A DNA stretch of 64,000 nt from Octopus sinensis. Taxonomy: Eukaryota. The position numbers and the translations under genes were made by a program. Positions within the stretch are counted from its first letter, which is position 1. Every line of letters starts with the position of its first letter. The notes beneath the pieces are model-generated. The model was not told where the DNA came from, searched no databases, and saw only the letters and a list, made by a program, of their open reading frames with translations. The stretch spans positions 45,508,001-45,572,000 of the forward strand of contig NC_043000.1 in NCBI RefSeq assembly GCF_006345805.1, written 5' to 3'. This document shows, piece by piece, positions 49,927 to 61,000 of the stretch.

Positions 49927-51314
49927 TAACTAACTAACTGGCTTGCTAACATTTCTGCCAGCTTGCCAAATTTGCTACTAATTTTATTGACACTGAAAGG
50001 ACAATGTCATCTTTCACAGAACTTGATCTTGGAATACAACTAACACAATTCTGATGCATACAAAAAGAAATTAGATATGCAACATACTTAATTTTCTTTT
50101 CTGAACCCTGTCTGTAAACCATTGTATTTAGAGTGTACAAGTTGGTTGCCAATCTGGTTAAAACCTGATTTATGTGGTATGCTGGATCTGTAGTTCAAAT
50201 CAAATTATTCAACTGAATTAAACCAATGGAGAAAGTGTATGTGTTCATTCAACCTGTAAGAAATACTGGTTAGATTTCTTTTATATCATGTCCTACCATC
50301 AAAAGACAATGGAGAATGTAATTCTAGATAAACTACAGTGGGGGTGTGGAAACAGGACAAAAAGAGACCAAGCCAAGAATGCTTTTGATTACATGACTGA
50401 TTGGTCAGGGCTGATTTTGGAATTAAACAACTGAATCGTTACGTGGTATAGTTTTACCCTGATAAGGAGGCAAAAGGAGCTAAAATCAAAAACAAAAGAC
50501 AAATATTATGAGAAAATGCTCCTGTATACATGCATGTAGATGGTCACAGATATATATGCATGTGTAGATACATATGCAATGACATATGCAGACACACTAG
50601 CAGATACATATGCACAATTCGGTGCACGTGTAACTTAAGCTGCAGGACATGATAAAAATTCTAAAATTGTATAAAGTATTCTGTTGATACAAGATGACTG
50701 GAATACGATATTTTTAAAGTAAAAAAATAAATTATTTATATATAGGTCATTTTTGTTCTAGTTATTTTTTCCCCCTCATCTTCCTAGTCAAAACAATTCA
50801 AAATAAAGAAACTTGGAGAAAAAGAGAGATAGAGAGACAAACAGACAGAAACTGAGACAGAGACAGAAAGAGGGAATTGAAATGGAATATGTCAAAAATA
50901 TAAAATGAAAGACAAACAAAAGAATCAAAGAAAATATTAAATATAAAAATATAAAATGATAAGAAGCAAAGACTAGAGATTAATGAGGAAGTAACCAAAT
51001 AGTTTTAATTATTAGTTTTGCAACTTAAAGCAAACTCTAGAGAGGAAATTATTTCTTAAACTATTCAATAGTGTCCATTAGGATATAAATAATTCAGAAA
51101 CATTTAAATTAGCCAATGAGATACACTCACTAATTCATCTTTTGAAGGTGAACTGCCATTAACATGGTTATAAATCTTCATTCCAATTATGCTATCGTAT
51201 CTCAACTGACATGTTTATTTTCATTCAGAATTACATCATTTCATTAAGATATTCACCATAGCAATACATCATCTACCCATATATTTTATATAGACAAAAC
51301 ATAAATATTTATTT

Positions 51315-51416
<102 letters not shown>

Positions 51417-51834
51417 GTGTATATATGTATATAATTCATTATTTATATATATACTCCATACATACTGGATATATACAAATATGATAAATATGATATATGT
51501 AGTTAGCTAGATAGATAGGTTGAGATATATAAATATGAATAAAGATATATGTACATAGATATCCATATATAAGCATGCATACAAGGGTATGTGAATATAC
51601 AAAATACATGCATACACAGACACACACACATGCACACATACACAAACATGTATAAATGCAAGTGTGGTTGTATGGTTTAGAAACTTGCTTTGCAATCACA
51701 CAGTTTTGAAATCAGTCCCACTTTATGGCACCTTGGGCAGGGAAATTTTACTATAGCCCTGAGTCAACCATATATATATATTATATATATATATATATAT
51801 ATAATATATATATATATATATAAATAATAAATAT

Positions 51835-52065
51835 TAGGGAATAATCCAAATTACAGGGAATTTTGGTTTGATTTTTTTAACGGCTAAGAATTTAATTTCA
51901 CTTCATAATTTGAAACTGACTTATTGGAAGTCCACCTGAAGATTGTCGATCAAGACAAGAAACGATTGTAGTGGCGGTTTTTTTGACTATTTATTAAAAT
52001 TTTATGTATTGATTAAGTCTTTCCTGTTTGTTTTGCAAAATAGTGGTTTTGTCTCTAATAATATT
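51835..52065 (+). mobile_element. PLE terminal-repeat-like segment between (TA)n tracts
   Basis: Carries the hammerhead motif below; flanked by TA microsatellites; no adjacent PLE ORF seen. Confidence 0.55.
51932..51974 (+). ncRNA. Minimal type-I hammerhead ribozyme motif, core intact
   Basis: ccac CTGAAGA ttgtc-gatcaa-gacaa GAAA c-gatt-g TA gtgg: stem I 4 bp, stem II 5 bp, stem III A-U/C-G with near-palindromic ACGATTGT, GUA cleavage triplet. Confidence 0.75.
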
Positions 52066-52072
52066 TTATATA

Positions 52073-52121
<49 letters not shown>

Positions 52122-52341
52122 TTTGTGTGTGTGTGTGTATCTATCTAACTATGAATGTATATATAATATATATTATTGCATATATTATATATGAATGACA
52201 GGCATATTATATGCATATATTGAGGGAGTGTTGAATAAACTGTTTAAATTACCCAAAAATGAAAATAACACTGACATTTCATTTTAACAGATATATTTAC
52301 CAAAATTAAATAAGAATATCTTGAAATACTAAAGAGTAAAT

Positions 52342-53088
52342 TTATTGAATAAAATCTCCATTGACTTCAACCATGGCCTGCAGACGACTTCGAAATCTCC
52401 TGCAACTCTTCTGGATGGTCTCCTTGTTTAAGTTGGTAAATGTGGTCATAATCCTTGCTTTCAGTTCATCTTTGGTATTTCAAGGAGTCTTGTTGGTCTC
52501 TCGCTCAACTGTACCCACACAAAATAATCAAGGGAATTGCAGTCTGGAAAGTTAGGTGGCCAAATGTTAGGGGTGGTGTGGTCGCAGAAATTGTTTGACA
52601 GCCATGACTAGGTTCTCCTGCTTGTGTGGCATGGTGCAGAGTCCTGCTGCCAGACATAGGGTCTTCCAGTAGCCATCATCTTGACATAGGGTAGCACTAC
52701 CTCCTCCGAGCACTTGATTGAGGCCTCCATGTTGAGTCTGGAGCTGTGTGGAAAGATGAATGGAGGCATAAATGTCACCATCACTAGTGATCACTGCGAA
52801 TACAATGATGTTGACTGGATGTTTTATTTTTATCACTTCCGGTAAATGTCCTCAGATCAACACCCAAACACTCTAAAATGTTCATAAGGGAGCTTCCGAC
52901 ATGAATGCCAAGCAGTACAGCAGGTCATTTCGAAGTTTCTGGTAGATTGACGTGAGTCATGGTGCTGTTTTTCTCAGAGATGGTGCCCACCTGACCTTGC
53001 TATACAATGTATTTGACAACATAAAAAACAATGCACATGTGCGAAATATAAAATATAAAATGGCAACAATTTACCCATCGCACCCTAT
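52342..53088 (-). mobile_element. Tc1/mariner DD37D (maT-like) transposon remnant, internally deleted
   Basis: KHPVNIIVFAVITSDG..YVWQQDSAPCHTSRRT*SWLSNNFCDHTTPNIWPPNFPDCNSLDYFVW...GDFIQ*; 37 residues between the 2nd and 3rd catalytic D; end tatagggtgcgatggg at about 53088 resembles a Tc1 TIR. Confidence 0.85.
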
Positions 53089-53121
53089 ACACACACACAC
53101 ACCACACACACACACACACAT

Positions 53122-53356
53122 TCTTTCATTCTTTTACTTGTTTCAGTCATTTGACTGTGGTCATGCTGGAGCACCACATTTAGTCAAACAAATCGACCTC
53201 AGGACTTATTCTTTGTAAGCCTGGTACTCATTCTATCAGTCTCTTTTGCCAAACTGCTAAGTTACAGGGGCAGAAAACACACCAACATCAGTTTTCAAAT
53301 GATGGTGGACAAACACAGACACAATCAAAATATATACATACATATATATAGATATC

Positions 53357-53412
<56 letters not shown>

Positions 53413-53590
53413 TGACAGGCTTCTTTCAGTTTCCGTCCATCAAATCCACTTACAAGGCTTTGGTTGTCCTGAGGCTACAGTAGAAGACACTTTCCCAAGA
53501 TGCCATGCCTGTGGGACTGAACCCCAAACCATGTGGTTGGGAAGCAAGCTACTTACCACAAAGCCATGCCTGCGCCTGAGCCATGCCTAT
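53122..53590 (-). mobile_element. SINE family A
   Basis: Reverse copy with long (TA)n centre. Confidence 0.85.
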
Positions 53591-54327
53591 ACACAAACAT
53601 ATTGAAAGCTAAATGCTTTCAGGCCTTTATCTTAAAAATGCAAAGAAGATATTTGCATTTTATCAACAGATGCTACGCTTTCAATTGTTAAGAGTGCAGT
53701 CACACAGATGGAAAAGGAAAATGAAATAAATTAAATTTATCTTACCTGACAGCGATTTTGAAAGTTAATTCTTTTAGGTATTACTTCAAATTCTTTTCCT
53801 TCTATGTTTTTATTTCACAAAGGGAAACAATTGTCAAGATATATTTTCCCATTATTTTGTATATATTTAAAAGAAGAATACCTCATTTTTGTTGTGATTT
53901 TAGGAACTCAGTGATATAGAAACAAGCCATAAATAAATATGCATAAGATTGGGCCTGTTTTCATTTCCATTGCAGAGATGGAGTTTTGATGGTGAAAGTT
54001 ATCCTCAAAAAGAAAATGGTTGTTCTTCTGAATAAATATTAGTACTTTTAAGATTAATTCTTTTTCTATGTACTTTGGTGGTCCATGTTCTTTTGCTATC
54101 TAACCAGAATTTCATGACTTCAGCTCCATAATCATGAGAGATATAAATATTCTCTGTATTGATAGATACCTTTTATTTTTTACTTGCTTCAGTAATTTGA
54201 CTGCAGCCATGCTGGAGCATTGCCTTAGTCAAATAAATCAATCCTAGGACTCATTTTTGTAAAACCTGGTATATATTCTACCAGTTTCTTAAGCTGAACT
54301 GCTAAGTTACATAGTTTATATCCAGTT

Positions 54328-54699
54328 AAAAGAAGAAAATAAAATAGAGATTAGGAAGTTAGCAATTATTTATTATTAACAAATTGGTCATCTTCAATTC
54401 TTACAGTTGTTTCAATTAATACTCAATAATTTAATTACAAATTTGTACATTAAATATGCGGACTTATCAATTCATTTCAGCAGTCTGCTGAAATGAATTG
54501 ATAGGGCCACATATAACATCTCAAGGTACATCTTTTACACTGATGAAATTATGCTCATGTCGCATAAATGCAAATTTAATGAACAAATTTATAATTAAAT
54601 TATTGAGTATTAATTGAAATGGCTGTAAGAAGCAAAGATGACCAATTTGTTAATAATAATTAACTGTTAACTTCCTAATCTCCATTTTCTTTTCTTCTT

Positions 54700-54701
<2 letters not shown>
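54328..54701. repeat. AT-rich fold-back: arms of about 130 bp plus a central perfect 19 bp hairpin
   Basis: 54328-54455 versus 54571-54701; hairpin 54465-54503 with 1 nt loop. Confidence 0.88.
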
Positions 54702-54767
<66 letters not shown>

Positions 54768-54770
54768 CTA

Positions 54771-54806
<36 letters not shown>

Positions 54807-54935
54807 GGAGTAAACACATAAATGTGAAACAAGGTGGAAAAAAGAGTACTCAAATACCAGTGGAACTGTCCGACGAACGGCAACGGGTAACTCAGAGTAA
54901 CAGGTTTTGTTGAATTTTCTGCTGCTTTGAATAAA

Positions 54936-54980
<45 letters not shown>

Positions 54981-54982
<2 letters not shown>

Positions 54983-55085
54983 GAGGCACAATGGCCCAGT
55001 GGTTAGGGCAGCAGACACGTGGTCAGAAGAACGCGGTTTTGATTCCCAAACTGGGCGTTGTGTGTGTTTAATGAGCGAAAACACC
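54981..55085 (+). mobile_element. tRNA-like SINE head (family C-related)
   Basis: ggcacaatggcccagtggttagggcag...ggttttgattccc then gttgtgtgtg..gagcgaaaacacct. Confidence 0.65.
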
Positions 55086-55499
55086 TCGTCGTCATCGTCG
55101 TCATTGTCATTTAATATCTGCTTTCCATGCTGACATGGGTTTCAGTTATTGTCTTCCCAATCCACTCACAAGTGTTTGGTCTGCTTGTGGCTACAGTAGA
55201 AAACACTTACTCAAGGTTCCACACAGAGGGACTGAACCCAGAACCATGTAGTTGTGAAACAAGCTTCTTATAGCACAGCTGCGCCTGCACCTATACAATC
55301 AGAAATTTTTCTTCAATTTTTTCCACAAGGTTATTTAGCAAACTGAAGCCCTCTCTTATAAAAATCGTAATATGTTTAATGAATGCATTTAATATGATGT
55401 ATAAAATGTTACTCAGATGGCAAGGTTCATATCCTGGGCCATTCATTATTGGTCTTAATATCAAGTCATTTCACAATGGAACATAAACTCATACATTTG

Positions 55500-55727
55500 T
55501 TATTTCTTTATTGCCCACAAGGGGCTAAACATAGAGGGGACAAACAAGGACAGAAAAAGGGATTAAGTTGAGTACATCGATTCCAGTGCATAACTGGTAC
55601 TTAGTTTATCAACCCAAATGGTAAAGTCAACCTCGGCAGAATTTGAACTCAGAATGTAAAATGCAGACGAAATACCGCTAAGCATATTGCCCGGCGTGCT
55701 AATGTTTCTGCCAGCTTGCCACCTTTA
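55500..55727 (-). mobile_element. SINE family B
   Basis: Full reverse copy. Confidence 0.85.
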
Positions 55728-56275
55728 TAAACTCATACATTTGTGCTCTCTGTCCTGCTTCATTTATGTTTTCCCTTTTGTGAATTTTTGCTATGGCACA
55801 GTAATAGTAAAGCTGGATTTATGTTGAAAGTAAGTAATATTAATCATTTATTCTTTACTTCTTTCAGTCATTTGATTGCGGTCATGCAGGAGCACTGCTT
55901 TGAAGGGTTTTAGTTGAACAAATCAACCCTGGGACTTATTTCTTAAGTCTAGTACTCAGTCTATTGGTCTCTTTTACCGAACCTCTAAGTTACAGTGACG
56001 TAAATACACCAGCACTGGTTGTCAAGCAGTGATGAGGGACAAACACAGACACAAAGACACATACATACATGTATGTATGTATTTTATTTAAGCCCATTTA
56101 AATCTATTGGTCCCATTTGATGAACTGCCAAGTTATGGGACACCAACAACAGTTGTCAAATGATGGTGGAGGACAAAGGTAGAGATACATATATAAGGCT
56201 TTGGCTTCTCTGAGACTATACTAGAAGACACTTGTCCAAAGTGCCATGGTAAAGATAGAGTAAATATACCTTCCC

Positions 56276-56491
56276 AAGTCATACTGTCTCATAAGGGCTG
56301 GTTTCCTGGTTTCACAGCATATATATTCCACACCTGGATGGGATGCTGATCTGTAACAGGATTACTTGCTATTGTTAGCTGAGTGGACAAAAAGTTTTGT
56401 TCAAGAACACAAGGCCTCACCTAGTCTAGGAATCGAAACCACAATCTTATGATCAAAGTCCAACACTCTAACCACTAAGCCACGTGCTTCC
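56276..56491 (-). mobile_element. SINE family C (degenerate)
   Basis: Head at 56491, core and tail in reverse. Confidence 0.7.
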
Positions 56492-56869
56492 ATCAAGATG
56501 CCATGCAGTGGGACTGAACCTAGAACCATGTGGTTGATGAATAACACAAGATTTTTGCAGTCTTTTGTATTCTTCAAGGTCACTGCGTTCCCTTTGTCAA
56601 CTTCTTCAGTTTTTAATTTCTTATTCTAAATTTGCTTATGTTACCCTATACTAACATTTATACCACCACTATTACTACAACTACTGTTTCGGCTGTTCTT
56701 GTTACAACTAGTGCTTCTGCAGTTGAGGCTAATACAATCATTACTACTTGTATTACACAACTATTGCTACTATGGTCACCATCATTGCAACTACAACTGC
56801 CACCACTACCACCACCATCACCTGAAATAAAATATACTTTTTGGAAAATAACACATAACAATAACAAAG

Positions 56870-57133
56870 CAACGTAAAGTATACTAGCCATCTCAATATG
56901 GCTAACCACTAAGGGATTGCCGTACGTTGACAAGAGGCAAATACCTCAAAACTGCAGTCCGTGCGTATCACTTAGGTTTACGAGAGAGGGATGACCTCCC
57001 TTTGCAAATACCATAAGGGCACAAAAAGTGTGCCTAAAGCCCGCTGGAGACGATGATCTCCTGGGCTAAAAGCTACAGTAACACCTACCCTTAGTGGTTA
57101 GACATATTGAGATGGCTAGTATACTTTACGTTG
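56870..57133. mobile_element. 264 bp element with 46 bp inverted ends (MITE-like or PLE fold-back)
   Basis: 56870-56915 versus 57088-57133, 45/46 identity; no target-site duplication seen. Confidence 0.7.
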
Positions 57134-57306
57134 TCGAGCGGTTACTGTTTACATCTCGTTCAGAGATTTATTATTAATAACAAAGCAAATTTATGTTAAG
57201 TGGTTAGATGCAACAAAAACAATCCTGCTTGATAATCTCTAAATAAAACACATATATACATAATACATATGTATGTAATACATGTATTATATACATATTG
57301 TTTAAA

Positions 57307-57341
<35 letters not shown>

Positions 57342-57549
57342 CATGCCCGTCGCTAAGGTGGTGCACAGAACAACAATGATACCCTCCTTCACCATTATTC
57401 AATGGTGTACCCTGAGATTTACAGTGAAACACTTATTTCAAAACTCCACTTTAGAATTATCACAAGTTAATGCCCACCCTGAATATTCTGAAGCACTCCC
57501 AGGCACCAAATTCTGGTGACAGTCTTGTATATGAGGTGCTTTCCAAAAT

Positions 57550-57803
57550 AATAAATGCGCCCTTTTAAAGCCTAGCCAGGCTCATGGGCCCAGTTTCCCG
57601 GTCTCTATGGCGTGTGTGTTCCCCAGCTTGATGGAACGCCAGTTCATTGCAGCGTTACTCGTTTTTGCCAGCTGAGTGGACTAGAGCAACGTGAAATGAA
57701 GCGTTTTGCTCAAGAACACAACACGTCGCCCAGTCCAGGAATCGAAACCGCAATCTTACGATCATGGTGCTGACACCATAACTACTAATCCACGCGCCTC
57801 CAC
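57550..57803 (-). mobile_element. SINE family C (short form)
   Basis: Reverse copy, CpGs largely retained. Confidence 0.88.
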
Positions 57804-57952
57804 TTTTATATCATTACTATACATCAAATAACCTGCCGTACCAAAGATTGTTATTCCAGAGTGCAAGAGAAGGTTGTAAAAGCACTTTGAACACATCCTA
57901 CTAAACACTGTTTGCAGAACTGTGTTGGGACATTTGGAAGTTTGCAATGTCT

Positions 57953-58349
57953 CTTTTACTTTCTCTTATACTTGTTTCAGTCATTTGACTGTGGCCATGC
58001 TGGAGCACTGCCTTTTAGTCGAGCAAATCGACCCCAGGACTTATTCTTTGTAAGCCTAGTACTTATTATATTGGTCTCTCTTGCCAAACTGCTAAGTTAT
58101 TGGGATGTAAACACACTACCATCGGTTGTCAAGCGATGTTGGAGGGACAAACACAGACACGCAAACATATACACACACACATACATATATATATATACGC
58201 ATATATATGACAGGATTCTTTCAGTTTTCATCTACCAAATCCACTCACAAGTCTTTGGTCAGTCCGAGGCTATTGTAGAAGACACTTGCCCAAGGTGCCA
58301 TGAACCATGTGGTTCGTAAGCAAGCTACTTATCACACAGCCACTCCTAC
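57953..58349 (-). mobile_element. SINE family A
   Basis: Reverse copy. Confidence 0.85.
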
Positions 58350-58374
58350 CGTGTTAAACTGGGGTGGGTGGGTG

Positions 58375-59015
58375 CAGAAACTTATGAAATTCTCCAGACT
58401 GATTATGGATTTACCTTTTTGTAAACACTAGAGGTTCAAAGACGATAGAGAGAGGAGGTGAGAAAAGATGAGAGACGTGGAAGGAAGCAGGACATGAGAT
58501 CATCAGATCTAATTGAGAAAATTCGCAATTTTCTGGATGAAAAATGTCGTATATCAATAAAGACGAAAAACATACACTTTGGAGCTGGAATAGTAACCTG
58601 TACATAAAATTATTCATGGAGCTCTAAACATTCATGAAACTCTGCAAAGTTTGTTACCATGGTGCTCAGTAACGAACATACTGGCAACAGTCTATTTGAC
58701 AGAGATGGACATCAAAACTGCCCCTCACCCTCCCTTTCATTCCAAACCTTGCTCTCTGACTTGCAGTTGTTAGCCAAGCTGAAGGAGAACCTCAGGGACA
58801 GGCGTTTTAAAGATGAAGAAGGGTGTGACAAGGAACCTGGACACTTTCACTTTTAGAGAACTTTCACGGGGCTTTCAGGAAGTGGCTGGAGTGTTACCAC
58901 AAATGTCTTGAAATCAGAGGATCCTAATTCAGCAAAGATTAGGGTTTTGCACTTCTTTGATTTTAATGTCTCTCTTAAAAAGAGTGAGAAAACTTCTGGA
59001 ATACATTTTGTGTAT
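58375..59015 (+). mobile_element. Mariner transposon remnant, internally deleted
   Basis: SDLIEKIRNFLDEKCRISIK..KIIHG..KLCKVC..; IKTAPHPPF..DLQLLAKLKENLRDRRFKDEE..FHGAFRKWLECYHKCLEIRG, matching mariner HPPYSPDLAPxDF..LKxxLRGRRF with frameshifts. Confidence 0.85.
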
Positions 59016-59371
59016 CATCTATATCACCATTCAGAATCTATTTTCCATGATAACTTAGGCAGTCCTTCAACTGTTTGACCGGATCCCATATATCAGTTAT
59101 TCCTACGATTATTTTAGCATGGTTTCTATGACTTGACTCTCCTCAAATGTGAACTACTGTGTGCGTTGATTGCTTCTTCCATTGCACCAGTGTAAGTGAA
59201 GTCACTGTGTTCCATAAGTCTAAGAAGCATTTCCCAACTCAGGTAGGATTATAACAGAGACGAACAGTTTTCACTAGATTTTTAGGGTAAATTATATAAG
59301 TCTCTAAGGGTGGATGAAATATACTGACATAAATATAGCTGTATACATTACACGTATAGATATGTAGTGAA

Positions 59372-59685
59372 GGGGCATGGCTTAGTGGTTAGTGTATTTG
59401 ACTCACGATCATAAGGTCATGAGTTCAATTCCCGGTGACACGTTGTGTTCTTCAGCAAGACACTTTATTTCATGTTGCTCCAGTTCACTCAACTGGCAAA
59501 AATAAGTAGTACTTTTATTTCAAAGGTGCCAGCCTTGTCACACTCTGTTTCACACTGAATCTCCCTGCAAACTACAGTAAGGGTACATGTGTATGTGGTG
59601 TGCTTAGCCACGTGCATCTTAATTTCACGACCAGGCTGTTCTGTTGATAGGATCAACTGGAACCGTTGTCTTCATAACCGATGGA
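59372..59685 (+). mobile_element. SINE family C (long form)
   Basis: Same as 33331-33645. Confidence 0.85.
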
Positions 59686-59769
59686 TTGCATGTATGTACA
59701 CATATATATGTGTGTACATATGTATGAATGTGTGTGTGTGTACGCGCGTGTTATACTACACATCAATGA

Positions 59770-60240
59770 ATATATATATTCATTCTTAAAATGTTCCAGC
59801 TTATTTGAAGATGAATATGTCAATCGCTCGAGTATTTCATCTTTGGAGAACAACTTCTCTTTTCAGAAGATGTTTTAACGAGCAGCCTATTCACTGAGGT
59901 ACGAGCACTTTCAGTGAGATTATGGCTCTTTGGCCAGTGCTACAACTCAGTAATAATTCACGGTGTGTATGGAGAACAGAGAGAATCTATAATACAGATC
60001 CAAAATTCTTCTTTATAGATTTTCACTCTGTACACGTGATGAATTATCTGTTTAATAGACAAAGGCATGAATCAGCAGATAAACAGTTTACTGAATTACA
60101 TAACAAAGAACCTCAGTTCCTGTTTAGATTCATAGATCTGGATGTACCTTTGACTGAAGACATACATTCAGGTCGAAACTCCTTCTTGTTTCAAACAACC
60201 CTTTCTTCGATGAATAAAGTGTGTTGCGAACACATGTAGT
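59770..60240 (+). mobile_element. Probable degenerate PLE 3' end
   Basis: Ends in a hammerhead-like motif then microsatellite; only faint resemblance to an endonuclease C-terminus (PKFFFI..). Confidence 0.4.
60149..60195 (+). ncRNA. Type-I hammerhead-like motif, stem II damaged
   Basis: tttga CTGAAGA catacattcaggtc GAAA c-tccttctt-g TT tcaaa; 5 bp stem I and both boxes present. Confidence 0.45.
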
Positions 60241-60311
60241 TTTGCGAATATAATATGAATGTATGTAGTAATGTATGTATGTATGTATGTATGTATGTAT
60301 GTATGTATGTG

Positions 60312-60432
60312 ATTGTTCAGTTTTATTTCAGGATTTCTTGCCAATAGAAAAAGAGCCGGTTTCTAACCTTGATCCAATGCCCCTTCATTGGAATTTCAAC
60401 ATCAGTAACAGAGTATTTTTTTATGTATGCAT
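60312..60432 (-). mobile_element. 3' UTR tip of the R4/Dong-type family seen at 8350 and 9214
   Basis: gattgttcagttttatttcaggatttcttgccaatag...ttggaatttcaacatc; adjoins (TATG)n. Confidence 0.75.
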
Positions 60433-60544
60433 GTATGTACACAGACATGATAGAAGTAAATAGACACCCTTACAGTCGTTAAAATTTATTTAAATCTGAA
60501 ATTACAGTTCAAATTATTATTTATTATAATGTTAATATTCAATA

Positions 60545-61000
60545 TTTAGTAGACATTCTCTTTGTATTTTTCAACATGAGGACCCTATTAGGCATGCTAC
60601 TGATCAGATGATGAATATTATCTTGAGGAATTTCTTGCCAAGTTTCATGTAATCTCAAAAGATCTGGCTTTGAGGATGCTTGTACTTTTTACGAAGTGCC
60701 CTGTCCATTATGCTCCAGAGGTGCTCAATTGGGTTCATATATGGTGACTGGCTTGGCCAGGGAAGCACTTTAATGCCATTCTCTTCCAATCAATCTTGAG
60801 TCTTTTTTAACCGTGTGACATTTATTCCATGAATAAAGAGTCTTCTTTAATCATTTCACCATTGGAGAAGATTGGAAGGAGTCTTTTTCTGCAATATGGA
60901 CACATTTATCTGAGTTTATGTTTTCCTCACACTCCATCAAATCTGATCTACCATTGTTCCAAATAGCTCCCCAGGCTAGTTGACTATTTTAATCTGATAC
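60545..61000 (-). mobile_element. Tc1 (DD34E-type) transposase C-terminal remnant
   Basis: WGAIWNNG...LEENGIKVLPWPSQSPYMNPIEHLWSIMDRALRKK...ETWQEIPQDNIHHLISSMPNRV. Confidence 0.85.

Noticed and set aside
53747-54035. Splice-like sites at 53746 (minus donor) and 53976 (plus acceptor), plus a minus donor at about 61719
   Set aside because: The frames are short and unrecognisable, on conflicting strands, and at a frequency expected by chance.
56930-57015. GCAAA-containing hairpins reminiscent of a c-di-GMP riboswitch
   Set aside because: The required P1/P2 architecture and tetraloop receptor are absent, and such a riboswitch is implausible in this animal context.
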